The notes under the pieces are model-generated. The model worked only from the letters and a program-made list of their open reading frames with translations, ran no database searches and was not told where the DNA came from. A program made the position numbers and the translations under genes. A stretch of 64,000 nt of DNA from Babesia bigemina (lineage: Eukaryota): assembly GCF_000981445.1 (NCBI RefSeq), contig NC_027219.1, forward strand, positions 310,001 to 374,000, written 5' to 3'. Shown here piece by piece: positions 11,745-25,421 of the stretch (its first letter is position 1; each line of letters begins with the position of its first letter).

Positions 11745-14371
11745 TCATCTGGACTGCTCCACGGATGACTCTAATCCCTTATTCCCACGTGGCGGAGGTA
11801 CCTTGGGCACGGTAGTCGAAATGTACTGGGCGTGCTTGCGCTCCTGCTCAGCTATCTCCAGAGGTGACCTGAACTTGTGCCTAGCATAGCTCGGAACCTC
11901 GGGTGCCACCTCCTCTGGCATAACGACGCGGTGCGCGTGCCGCCGGAAGTGGACGCGCTTTAGATTCTTCAGCTGCTGGACCTTCGACTGGTACTCCTTG
12001 GCGATGGGAATGAACCACTTGTCGGGCCAGTGCACTGTGTGGTCGCCAGGGCTCCCGACGTACACGTACCGCATGCCAGTAGCGTTGCACATTGTGCGAC
12101 GGGAATATATCTGCTCCAAGGCCTTTCGCAACGCCTTGGCGCGAGTTATCCACGACGAGCGCCCGTGAAAAGTCAACTTGCAGTTGTCAAGCCCGGCCAA
12201 ATATGCCAGGGGCAAGTACTTTCGGTTGGTCTTGATGCCAGCGCCCATTTTCCTGGGAGTTATGTAGACACGGCAACCGTACTCTTGCCCCAACACTGGA
12301 GTCGTAAGCGGCTCCTTCTGATCGAAGTCGATGAAGTACATTCCACGCAGCGCCTGCTGGACGGCGCTGGCACGCGCGGTGCCGAGGTCGTTCCCGAAAC
12401 CAACGCCAGTGCCGAAGTAGCCGCGGCCGTCACCGACTGCAACTACCACGCGCAAAAAGTACACGCGTCCTTCTTTGGTCATGGTGCGCATGCGGCGCCG
12501 CTCAAGAACGCACGATCGCAGATTCTCGAGTTTGAGTGTAGGGTCAACGCCCTCCCGTGTACGGACGTAGTAGTTTCGCTTAGCGTCGAACTGCGCCCCC
12601 GCCGGAACCTTGTACTCGATGCCCTTGTCGGTGACGGTGCCAGCACCGACATTGGCCTGGAACTCAAGTTCCTCCTTGACCATGCGGTCGAACACGCGGT
12701 TATATTCACGCACCACCTGGCCGCTGGCCACTCGGTTCACACGCCTAATGTAATCGCCAACGAGATCCTCTATATCGCCTGTAGACAAGGCTGTTGCGAC
12801 GCTTTTGGTTTGCACTGAGGAGTTGGAGTCTACTCCCGACGACGGTGTTGCAACGTTACCGGCCGGGGAGCTACCACTACCATCAGCAGTGTCGCCGGGC
12901 ACGCTCAGACGCTTGAAAACGGATGCAGGTGACCAGTGCTCAGCATCGAAAACGTGCTCATTCCCAGTGGCAAACAGGTTAATAATCCTTATGCAGGATT
13001 CCGCCATAGGGCGCGTAACTTTCTTGTGAGGGAAGCTGCCCTGCGTCCCTGACCCGCTGGTGTTCCCCGGGAGCTCGTTCGCAGCGTCGTGGCCGAAGAA
13101 TACGGACGATATGTCGACCCCCCTTAGACCGAACCAGTCCTTTAAACCGATGTTGCGCAGTGCGTCCACATATTCGTCAAGCATCGCCTTGGTGACGCCC
13201 TCTACCGATGATGGCTGTTAGCGTATCTAGAGGTTGGGATAGCAAACTAACGGCAAAAAGCTGTAGCATCCCAAATAGGTAAGCCCCGGCGCGGTCGATA
13301 GGGTACCCTGTACGGCGCTCGTCGAGCAGTGCGTCTGGGTACGGTAGACCTGTGGGTGGTTTGCGTTAATGGGACAAGCGGTTACCGTCGTACGGAAGGT
13401 CCCTCTTGATGTCGTACCTGACGATAAGTTTAACTCTATACCTACACGCCTACCATTCGGAGCTTTCTGCTCGGTTAACGAGGGCCCTGTTGTGCGCCAC
13501 GCGCTCGAGATGACTCGTCAGCCAATTCCCGACGTCCTGATACAGCTCACGTATAACACGCACAAGCATACCTCCTCACTTATTGACTCAAATTCTGCGG
13601 CCATTAACGGTTTCAGTTTGGGCCAGACATTGGCAGACCAGTGGTCGACATTGCTGCCGTCGCGCTTAAGCGCCAGGAAGTCCGCCAGGCGATCGTACGG
13701 GTCGCGGGAGTCGCCAGTGCCGACATCCAAACCTAACGCTCTGCACAGCCTCCTGACGTCATCGATAAGGGAATCCATCACTGGGAGAATTTAGAGTTGC
13801 ATGCACAAACACCTACGGGCAGACATAGCTACAGCGTAACCTTCGTCGGAGAATAGGGGATCGGGGAGCGCAACCACATCCAAAGCGACATCCGCCGGGA
13901 CCAACTCCTTGAAGTCCTCGGACTTATGGTCCTGCATCAAATTGTCCATCCTCTGCTTGAGGTGGATGAACGACTGCTCCTCGAAAAAGTTAGGCGCATG
14001 GGGGCGCAGGATGCGATGTATGCGATATGCCTCGTTAATATCAGCGCGAGTGTCCCTGTGAAGTGTGATGGCGGCCAGGGAGAAACGTACGGGGCTGCAT
14101 CGGCCGTCGCATTGCCGGACGAACTGCTCGGGTCAAGCAGCTGCCGAGCCTCATCGGCGTTGAACAGCGATGCCAACTGTTGATGCACATCGCTCAGTTC
14201 GCGTGCAACGGAGCATTTCTCGTATCGCACGTCGCTGAGCATTGCAGCCACGCGTTCGCGCTGGTCGCCAGGCAGTCGGTCGTAGCGCTGGTGGAACGGG
14301 GCCTGCTTGCGGCGGAGTACCCGCTGCACGTGCCCGCGGGCCGCAAGCAGGAACGAGCTGACGTAAAGCAT
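11745..14371 (-). CDS. Mitochondrial ribosomal protein uS5m with long N-terminal extension, spliced
   Basis: S5 domains VLERRRMRTMTKEGRVYFLRVVVAVGDGRGYFGTGVG and PRKMGAGIK...LAGLDNC lie in the last exon. Upstream minus-strand exons reach MLYVSSFLLAARGHVQRVLRR (presequence-like). Joining of the upstream exons is inferred. Confidence 0.8.
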
Positions 14372-14947
14372 CCGCAGGTGGAGTCACTGAGGCCGCATCG
14401 TGCGGAAGTCGCGATGTGCAGCTGCCCGGCGGGAGTCTCTCAGACACCGCGTCATCCGATCCGTATTTCGCAACACATTACACAGCATACAAGCCTAAGT
14501 TGCAGAATACAACACGTTTAACCGTGTCGTCAGTTGGCAACTGATATTGAGTGACAACGCCGCAACCCTAGCAGCGCTACAGCGCCAGGGCAGCAGACGT
14601 TTGAAGACTAATGAACAAAAAATTAGAGTCGCCGCGATTTTGCGGATTCTGTGTTGTTTCGTGAGACGCACTCGTTGTACTAAGGATTCCTTAGTGGCGT
14701 GCTACAACGGAGGAATAGTTGGCAGGTCGAATGTCAATTGGCGGACGCTGCAGTTTCGCAAATTCTCCCACCATTCAGCATTACGCTTGCCATCAAACTC
14801 CTTCAACTGCGAATAGTATCCGACGTGTTTCCGTCAGTGGTGATACTGCATGGCATAATTTCGTTGCCACACGGGTGCGGCAGTGGACTGCGTGGGAGGT
14901 GACTTGAAACTGTCTCTTAGGCCCCAATAACGTGTTGTGATATGCGC

Positions 14948-16744
14948 CTAATTGAATGTATACAGGGCGCTGGAAATGTCCTGCCACATGAAAATCTGCT
15001 TGCCTTTGCGGGTGGTGAGTATCAGCAGCGGAATCCACGACGCCACCTGGAGGTAAATGTACGGCGCGGACAGCGGAATCCCGTACACCGACACGTAGAA
15101 GAGGACTCCGCATATCCAGAAGTTGAGCAGGCTCAGCAGTGACCACAGCCAGTTGAAGTCCAAAGTGGACTTCGACATGTCGCTGAGCTGCAACAACTGC
15201 GTCAGCAGCGAATTTATCCAGAGCATCAGCATGCCCATCGAGAAGCCACACAATATCTGCATGGGTGACCCGTACCCGGTGAAAATGCTGGCGAGGATCA
15301 CCACGAAGGCGTACAGGAATATCACAGCCTGCAGCAAAATCCTCATTATGCCTAGGCATCTGCGCTCCTTCAAAAAGTGCCCCGTGAAAAAATTCTTCAG
15401 GTACGACGCGTCGTCGTACTTGCGAATCACGAGCTCAAGGCTCGTGCAGGACATGTAGGTCAGGAAAAAAGTGGACTCGCTGATGAGCTGGTACCCGAGC
15501 CTAGGCGACCACATGTGCAGCGGGAACTTGTCGCGCAGGTGGACGCACGTCTCCAGCGCGTGCTTGTTCAACTCGATCGTCCCGTGAATGCGCGAAGCAA
15601 GCAGCGTCGCGTGGATGCCCATGAAACTCACGAAATGGTACAAGGACATCCATAGCGAGTTCCAGCATATAGAACAGCTGTACATCCAGGCAGCGCAAGG
15701 ATTGGGGGCTACGTCGTCATTCTCATCCGAGGGTATCTCATCATGATCCTTGTCGGCGTCACTGGCCTCGTTCGTCGAAGCGTCACCTGCATTGTCCGCG
15801 TGCGCTCTGTCGTCCATCGACGTTTGTTCCTCGTAAGCGGGGACGGATTTGCACATCCGCCTATCTAGGGTGGTGGATCGGTCATTCTTATCATTGGTGC
15901 CGCAGGAGGTCAAGGAACGTTTGGATCCCGGGCCCCCGGCCACTCGGGACGATGTTAGGGGAGGGGTTCGGGGGCTGAACTTCTCGCATATGATGCTCAC
16001 GAACCCCTCGTTAGAGAAGCAGCTGCGATTTGCGAAATCCAAATTGTCGCCCAGATTCTTGGAAGGAAACTGGGCGCCATCCCTGTCCATCCGGCGCAAC
16101 GACCGCGTCGTCACCCCGCTGGTTTCCCCGTGATCACCTGCCGACTCATCCGACTTTGGCAACAGCAAGATGCACTGCAACACCACCAACGCTGTGAATG
16201 CGCTGATGTTGTATTCAGCTTCACCTCGGCAGGACGTGAAGCTCCGGAACACTGAAAAACGTTAGATAATAATAGGGTGCAAAATACGGATTACAAATAT
16301 TTGCATGTACCAGGCATATCGAGTGCTTTAACCGTCGCTACTTGATCGGAAGCGCCACTTAAACACGACGTCATACGTAAGGCGTCACATATGCGACGTT
16401 GTAACATCCGGTCAAGAATCACCGAATAACCGCAACAACACACCACACAGCAGGTATCAGCGCTTTGTGCTCGCCGAGAAGCCTTAAACGTCAGAGGAAT
16501 CAAAGCACGTACGGCATCCAACGGCAACAGGGCAGAGACGCACACCTACGCTAGAAGCAACAGCATTCACAGGAGGCAAAAAAAAAAGACGTTAATTAGC
16601 GAAAAAATGTAGCCACTTACGATTTTCCGAGCCATTCAGCAGCCCTATCGATAGAAGCAACGTGCTCACGAAAAAGATGAAGTATAGCGTTGCAGTCCTG
16701 CGAGGAACCAAGCGTGACAGAAAGCCGATCACGTCCTCGTGCAT
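14948..16744 (-). CDS. Multi-pass membrane protein, degenerate PAP2/dolichyl-diphosphatase-like; 5' exons approximate
   Basis: 434-aa last exon with several TM segments. First exon MHEDVIGFLSRLVPRRTATLYFIFFVSTLLLSIGLL starts at 16744. GYQLISES and SIFTGYGSPMQILCG resemble the PAP2 C2 and C3 motifs but lack the catalytic residues. Confidence 0.55.
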
Positions 16745-17562
16745 CGTGGAGCCGCAAAACACAGTGACCCGTGTAATGTGTCATACGCAGTTGCCTCCTA
16801 ACATCTTGAATCCGGCCTAAAAATTGTATGCCAGCCGAAGGTACACGCCTTCAGCATGGAACCTTGCACATTTTACACTATGGGACAAAAAGTACGTATT
16901 CATTCCCTCATGCTTTAACAATTTCGAATGTTTATGATTCGAGTTGCGAATTGGCAATTTGCGGGCTTTGTTGCGTGTTTATGTCAGATTGCCTTGGCAC
17001 GGTGACCGCCAACGTGAGGGAGTGATCCGCGGCGAAAACGCGAGAAGTACATAAACAAGTACCCCACGTGGAATATTTATTTGCGCAGATGACTGTGTTT
17101 AGCGATGCGCCGGCAGATTCCGCGCGGTCTGTAAAAATGGCAGCAACGTGGTACACTAGCAGACCAGTTATGCTGTGCGCAAAGCGCGCTATACATCCCT
17201 GTGAATAGGCGCGAAAGTGTAACGCCAATTCGCTGTACATGAACACTTTACTAGCCGCGACCGTGTTGCCACCGTAGAGAAGCCGTCACGGTCGTTCCAT
17301 TTAACGACACATGGTAGTCGGAATGTTCTTACGACCGATCATTCCACCCTTTCGTGGCCTCAGTTGGCCATTAAAGGATGCCTACGTCCCCGTGCCAACC
17401 AAAACGTGCCCACAACGCTGAACAGTGGCCTGGTGCGGGCTGCGTGCTATAGAAATATTAGATAATTCTTTGTTCATCTACGATCACAAAACGGAATAAA
17501 GTAACCCCAAATCGACCCATGCCCGTAAGCGGTGCATCAGGCGCTATTTAGCTGCGTAATGC

Positions 17563-19302
<1,740 letters not shown>

Positions 19303-19663
19303 TTAAGGCGCTAAACTGGTACAGAAGAAATCGGCCTGAAGTCGGGGAGCACATTGCCGACGCCGGTGAGCGTTGGATTCCACCTATGGGGAACCAGCAG
19401 CTAGGAACGAATAACCAACCAAAACGCAACACCACCCATCCGCAGTGTTTAATTAGGTGTATACTCCGGCCGGGAATAGGTGGCATTTGACGGTGTGTCA
19501 CGTAGACCCCCCCGGAGATGTGTCGGAGGTAACGGAGAGACAAGGCGTTATAGCTCCACGCGCAGCGAATCTACACACCCCGCCTTGGTTTTTGCAAGAT
19601 TTAATGTGAAATGTGATGCCACACATCACTTGAGGAGGCGCGTGGCATCTGGAAAGAGCTGAA

Positions 19664-21193
19664 ATGACGAGAGCGATGTGCAAGGAATCCGTAAAGGTCG
19701 CGTGGTCCAGAGTGCTACACAGCCATGTTTACGGCGCCGCACTAAGGCTACTAGATCAGTTCGTACGTTTGGAGCGGAAACAATTCCAATATTGTCGATC
19801 GGCGAAGCTATCGTCCGCACGGGCTGTGGACATCAAAGATGAGAATCGAGGAACGGACAAATTGGAAAACCAGATAGAGGACGATGCGTACGCACGTGAA
19901 ACGTTTAATGGTGATGCTTCCTCTCATTATCCGTTCAATTTGGCGGATGTGGATCGGAGAAGGAATTGGAGAACAGCATTCTCCCCTTTTAAAAAACGGG
20001 CGGCTGAAATTAAACACGTCTCCGCCAATCAAGGAAGGAGCATCTGCCAAGATGTGGATTTAAAATCAATAAAAATCGCTGGTGAAAACGAATCCGTGTC
20101 AACTGAGGCAAGCCGCAAAGGCGGAGTCACGGGTAGTGGGACTGCCGAACGATCTTCAGAGCCCAGCTACACCAATAAGTCCGCGCTAACTGCCGAACAG
20201 CAATCCCTGCGCAATAAGAGTATCGCCAGTTGCATCGAATCATACCTGAGGGAAAGGCTCAACCCCAAGTGCTCTGTCGGCGTATTCGGAAGCGCCATTA
20301 ACGGGCTTTGGACTGACGCCAGCGACCTCGATATATGCGTTCAAATACCCAACGTGACTTCTAGAAGCGCAATTATTCGTAATCTAAGGCGCATTGCGTT
20401 CCTATTGCAACCGTTGGCTCCAGGGAGGGCCTTTGAAAACAGGTTCACGGCAAAGATACCCATATTGCATTGGAAAAACGAAAAACCTAACAAAAGAATC
20501 GGCGATCCGCTTATACAATCGTTAGGTAGCTCCATAGATATTTCGGTGAACAACGTTCTCGCCATATCAAATTCCGCGCTACTAGGGACATACGTTGCAT
20601 GTGACTCCAGAGTAAAGGACCTGGTTTTGGCTCTCAAAAAATGGGCGCGATGCCGAGACCTTAACGACCGATCTAAGGGGACGCTAGGTTCATTCGCGCT
20701 CTCGTTAATGGCGATACATTTTCTACAACGGTGTAACCCGCCAGTTTTGGTGTCGCTACAAGACTTGGCCATCGCAGACAACGAATCACCAAAGTATGTT
20801 AGTGGAATTGATGTTAGGTTCACAACAAACATGCGACGCATAAAAGAAGAACTTAACTGGGCATCGAAAGGTGTACCAAATGGAATGACTGTTGCCGAAT
20901 TATTGCAAGCATTCTTCTATTACTTCGGTTGGACGTACACCAAAAACACACAACTGCCCATTTGTATCCGCAGCGTTGATTTCCAATACATGGATACTCC
21001 TCTGTCTTTTGCGCATAAATCAGCGGGAATTGACTTAGATGAAAAGTTCATGCACGTTGATAACCCTTTCGAGGTGGGTGTTGACGTGGCTAACATTTCG
21101 TTCCACCAGCGTATCCGCATCGTGACGGAGCTGCGGCGAGCGTACCAAATACTGCGGGCGGGCGGCAGCTACGACGACATACTGGCCGGGTGA
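19664..21193 (+). CDS. Cid1/TUTase-type non-canonical poly(A)/poly(U) polymerase
   Basis: Pol-beta NTase signature VFGSAING....SDLDIC, third Asp in IDISVNN, LKKWAR..LND..KGTLGSFAL.LM.IHFLQ, and PAP-associated domain ELLQAFFYYF...VDNPF. Confidence 0.9.
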   Translation: MTRAMCKESVKVAWSRVLHSHVYGAALRLLDQFVRLERKQFQYCRSAKLSSARAVDIKDENRGTDKLENQIEDDAYARETFNGDASSHYPFNLADVDRRRNWRTAFSPFKKRAAEIKHVSANQGRSICQDVDLKSIKIAGENESVSTEASRKGGVTGSGTAERSSEPSYTNKSALTAEQQSLRNKSIASCIESYLRERLNPKCSVGVFGSAINGLWTDASDLDICVQIPNVTSRSAIIRNLRRIAFLLQPLAPGRAFENRFTAKIPILHWKNEKPNKRIGDPLIQSLGSSIDISVNNVLAISNSALLGTYVACDSRVKDLVLALKKWARCRDLNDRSKGTLGSFALSLMAIHFLQRCNPPVLVSLQDLAIADNESPKYVSGIDVRFTTNMRRIKEELNWASKGVPNGMTVAELLQAFFYYFGWTYTKNTQLPICIRSVDFQYMDTPLSFAHKSAGIDLDEKFMHVDNPFEVGVDVANISFHQRIRIVTELRRAYQILRAGGSYDDILAG

Positions 21194-21278
21194 CATGGCG
21201 GTGACTGGTGGTGTCGGCGGCCGACGGTGGAACACGTTGGTGCTGGACACAGGCAGTCAAACAGGCGCGTCATGCATC

Positions 21279-22032
21279 TCAGAGCTTGGACTCCACAGTC
21301 GACAACAGACGCAACGTCCGGTCAAGCGCCTCCAACACCTCGCTGTCACTGAACAACCTCAGACAACACAGACGAAAAACTCACCTTCGCACGTCGCACG
21401 ACACGTTCTCGTTGCTATGGTGCAGCAGACCCGTGTAACTGAAAGATGTCACGCAACACACTGCTTCACCAACCGGTCCAGAGCCTTGCTCAGCTCGACT
21501 CGCAGCAAACACAGCTGCTGAAGACGACGACCCTCAGTCGCAACAACGGGCGCCTTAATACTGTGTAACTCACAGGCTACTGACGTACCGCAGGTTTAAC
21601 AACGGGCACCGTAGACAGCACACGGTCGCCATCCACACCGTGGATGCCGCTCAACGCGCAAGAGTCGAGTCCGTATTCGCTCACGATACTGTACTTGTGG
21701 CGCTCGCCAATACCAGTGGGCACGCTCCTCGACGCCTCTAACGGACATGTCAGTTACGCACTATGCAATCCGCAACCTACCAGACGACGCAGACGCCACG
21801 CGGTGCGACGCATCGCGGCTCTCCTTCTTGCATCGGCAGCACTTCAGCGCACCGTCATTGTTACGCATCAACGGCACGTCCCTGCACTGAAGAAAGTCAA
21901 AACAACATCTCAGATAACCACCTCAGAACAAGTATCCGCCAGCATCGTCCAGCCTGCCAGCAGCAAACGGGCCATTTCCTCAGTCGTCGACGACTCAGAT
22001 AACCCGTCGCCAGACCCATGCAAATCATCCAT
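21279..22032 (-). CDS. SSSCA1/ZNRD2 (autoantigen p27) zinc-ribbon protein, spliced
   Basis: EMARLLLAGWTMLADTCSE/CRDVPLMRNNDGALKCCRC matches the Auto_anti-p27 pattern (M..LL.G..ML...C..C...L.......C..C). Downstream exons are approximate. Confidence 0.7.
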
Positions 22033-22578
22033 GGCGGCAAAGGGTTACAACGCTACGCAAAGGAACTCGAAGACAGAGCGAGTCGTCGTACAGTATCGAA
22101 AGGAGAATTAGAAAACTGATGTAGCCGTGGAAGGAAGTGGAATGTAAATGCAACGCGAGCGGAATGCCACCTTCCACACACAAGAGAAGAGACGACTGCA
22201 AAACCGCACTAAGGCGCCGCACGCACGCTAGACAGGGCAGTAACCTGTACACACAGGATTGCTGTATCCGGTGGCATACAGAAGCCGCCACTCGGCGTTG
22301 TCGCAGGGAAGGCGTACACCTAACGCTGACAGCAGCGCCTCGCCTCGCAAGGGACGCGGGACACACACTCACGAAGCTTATCAAGACGTCGCCATTCGTA
22401 ACGTATATAGTAGCTAAAAGTCTGGTATATGCGGCATCGAAGTCTGCATTTATTCTGACCGAGGAAGCAGCAACTGCGGTAACCGGCAGTACTGGCCACA
22501 AGGGCGACGATCACAAGTGAAGCTGAGCATAAAGACACGACAGCGTATTGCGCAACCCTGATCACACAACTTGATGAG

Positions 22579-23389
22579 ATGGCGCCGACGCATAAGGAAT
22601 CCGAGCTGGTGAGGAAGGTACACGACAACGTCCTGGCGGCGCTGTTGCAGAAGGAGCGTGAGGTGGAGGACGAGCTGGAAAGTATCAGGCACGTGGAGAG
22701 CAAGATAGCTCACATGCGCGACGAAGACGCACTTGAGCGGTTCAGGGAAGCGAGGCTGCAGGCGCTCAAGGAGACGCACGCCAAGCGACTGGAGTTCATG
22801 AACAAGGGATACGGCAAACTGGTCGACGTGCACTCTGACTCGGATTTCTTTGACGTATGCAGGAACGCGCATTACGTGGTGAGTTATGGGTGCGCTGTAT
22901 GTGGCGGCGAGGCAGTCGCGTCGTTGACGACGTGCTGCGGGGCCATGGGCACAGCCATGTAACCCACACCGAACACTGTGTGCACTAATTTCACATGCAG
23001 GTGGCGCACTTCTACAGGCCTACGACCGTCAGGTCGCAGTACCTGGACGGTAAGATGCACGAGCTGTGCCAGACGTACTTCGACACCAAGTTTATCAGGG
23101 TCAACGCCGAGCGCACGCCCTTCCTCTGCGAGCGCTTCAACATCTGGTGCATTCCCACGGTGAGCGAAGCGTACGACAGCTTAGACTGCGTGCAGCTCAT
23201 GATCATCATCGGCGGCAAGACCAACCACAGCATCATCGGCTTCGACGAGTTCGGAGGTATGCAAACACGCAGCAGCTCGCACGCCACGCAGGTGACGGCT
23301 TCACGCTTGACGAATTCGCTAGCGCCCTTAAAAAGCGCGGAATACTGCCGCCGGACGCAGAGAACGCACGGAACAAACACGCCGAATAA
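22579..23389 (+). CDS. Phosducin-like protein 3 / TXNDC9 (thioredoxin fold), 4 exons
   Basis: REARLQALK...GYGKLVDV...VVAHFYRPTT...DTKFIRVNAERTPFLCERFNIWCIPTL...IIGFDEFGGDGFT. Confidence 0.9.
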
Positions 23390-23656
23390 CACCGCAGGCA
23401 CGCATACACCACACTCAAACAACTCAAAACTAATCCAAACATCGCAAAAAAACATATACAAACAACAAACAAAACAATCAGGCGCTTATTTTGGTAATAT
23501 TTAAAATTTTTTAAGCATTAAGTATTGAAAACAGATGAGTCCTCAGTATAGTGGCGTGCGACTAGCATTATGTATGAGTGAACCGTATCATCAACAATGA
23601 ATGCAGTTTGGTTCAACAGGTTGCCATTAATATTAACCTGTTGTCGAAGGTGGCGG

Positions 23657-25018
23657 TTAAAAGTCCATAAGCGCTTCCATACGCTCAAATTCTGCCTGAA
23701 TGGCACGGGTTCTCGTTGCGAACTCTTCGTCGTCTAGGTTTCTTCGGTATTGTGATATCCAATGCAGGTGACACGCGCCGCTCCTGAACCGTCTTACCTC
23801 AAAAAAGCCGTTAACTGCGTTGATCAATCGCGAAACCGCCAGTGGCGTGGAAGATGATATTCCTAACGTTTCAACTGACACCAAGCAGAAGAAACACGCG
23901 GAACAATCATTTAAATTCACCAGCCACAACCCACCGGTGTGATCTAATCCGACTTCACGGAGCTCATTACTGGCAACGTCGGAAATGTCGCTGCGCTCAA
24001 TGACATCCAGTGGAACAGCGTGTTCTAAGAAGCCGAAGTGGGCGTTGTCGGAAAGCCATTCATCCGATGGCTCTTGCAATCCTGGTGACCTGTTGATGCT
24101 TGACAGTGCTTGTGCGATAGAAAAGCAACCCATGAAACCATAGGTGCGCAAAAACTTGTGTGTGAATTTTTCATACGACTCGTCACCGGCCACCGCATTT
24201 GAACGCACGAGATATGACGTGTATGAGAATTCCACATAACTTGAACCGCTTGGAAAATACTGTTCCACTGGTGATAATATCCTTTCGTCTACCGTGTGAG
24301 CGTTGAATCGCTTTACAGGTAACTCGAAGTCCAAAATGCCGCCAGCAGCGCGCTTCTGCGATGCCTCGTCAAAATCGTCTGCGCAATACGATATACATGC
24401 ACGGTGAGCGTTTGTAACCCGTTCCTGCGGTGGGCAACTTGTTTCATTATGCGGTAAATTGATGCCGGTAGCGGGCAGCGCCTGGGCAGGAGCGGGGATG
24501 GAATCCACGGCACGTGTGACAGGGCTAGACGACCCAGCTTCACAGTTCTTACGGCATTCAAACCCCTCAAACACCAATTTTACGTTGTGGCGCGTCAACC
24601 ACAGCACTCCTCGGCGCTCTACCGGTGAGTTCATTAAAGCTATCTTGCCACAGCATCGCACTGGATTGCCAGTCAAGCGATTCGCGTGGAACACATCCAG
24701 GCAAGCTATAGGCTCATACTCATACGCCACCTGATGTTCGCGACCGTCAAACAGCTGTAGACGTAGCATGCGTGTGGCTGATGACTTCTTGATTAATGCC
24801 ATACAAGCGTCGTCGTCGTCTTCCTCATCATCCTCCTCTTCCTCACCGAGCTGCCGATACATCGAAACGCTGACATCAATACACGACAAGACCTGGTGTA
24901 GGGTTATTCTGCTACGGAAGAAATTGTTGAACTTCGTGGAGTCAACACCTAACGCCCAGTCGCTGCGGATCCAAGCGTCATACTCGGCGCGAGCCTCTTG
25001 ATCCACAGTCGCCGCCAT
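23657..25018 (-). CDS. RMI1-like OB-fold protein (RecQ-mediated genome instability 1 N-domain)
   Basis: RMLRLQLFDG....AYEYEPI....GKIAL.......GVLWLTRHNVKLV matches the RMI1_N OB-fold. Start taken at MAATVDQ. Confidence 0.7.
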   Translation of the reverse strand: MAATVDQEARAEYDAWIRSDWALGVDSTKFNNFFRSRITLHQVLSCIDVSVSMYRQLGEEEEDDEEDDDDACMALIKKSSATRMLRLQLFDGREHQVAYEYEPIACLDVFHANRLTGNPVRCCGKIALMNSPVERRGVLWLTRHNVKLVFEGFECRKNCEAGSSSPVTRAVDSIPAPAQALPATGINLPHNETSCPPQERVTNAHRACISYCADDFDEASQKRAAGGILDFELPVKRFNAHTVDERILSPVEQYFPSGSSYVEFSYTSYLVRSNAVAGDESYEKFTHKFLRTYGFMGCFSIAQALSSINRSPGLQEPSDEWLSDNAHFGFLEHAVPLDVIERSDISDVASNELREVGLDHTGGLWLVNLNDCSACFFCLVSVETLGISSSTPLAVSRLINAVNGFFEVRRFRSGACHLHWISQYRRNLDDEEFATRTRAIQAEFERMEALMDF

Positions 25019-25421
25019 CAAATACACACTTATTGGAGCGGCACAGCCGCTCCTATACGTAGAAGGCTGAAGCAAATATAATCCATTTGTAAAGCTACAC
25101 CCTCTTCGAGAGGTCGGCTCTCTAAGGCACGGAACCGACAATAAATACCATTAAAGTTAATGATAAACCCCAAATGCTAATTACAGATGTCGAAAGTAAG
25201 GCTACGGCTTACCTGGCGTAAATGTGGAAGGCAGCCTACGCGGTAGTCACCATAAGGAAGAATGCTGGCAATGGCGCAAAGGTAGACATTAACATAGAAG
25301 ACACATATTTAAGGAATGCAGAAATGTTCACGATATCTTTGGTGTATTAGTGATACGATTTGGTCCCTCTTTGGCTGCCAAAGCCGCAGCGACTACGCGA
25401 CGTTGCATAAGCATCAATGCT

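Larger units (their letters stand above)
21067..23486. repeat. Copy 1 of a 2420-bp direct segmental duplication
   Basis: The sequence from tttcgaggtgggtg to caatcaggcgct recurs at offset +6584. ORFs lying wholly inside it translate identically in both copies. Confidence 0.95.

Noticed and set aside
23613..23643. Inverted repeat caacaggtt...aacctgttg just downstream of the RMI1 stop
   Set aside because: It is a single 9-bp stem with no matching terminal repeat at the other end of the insert, so it does not support a transposon.
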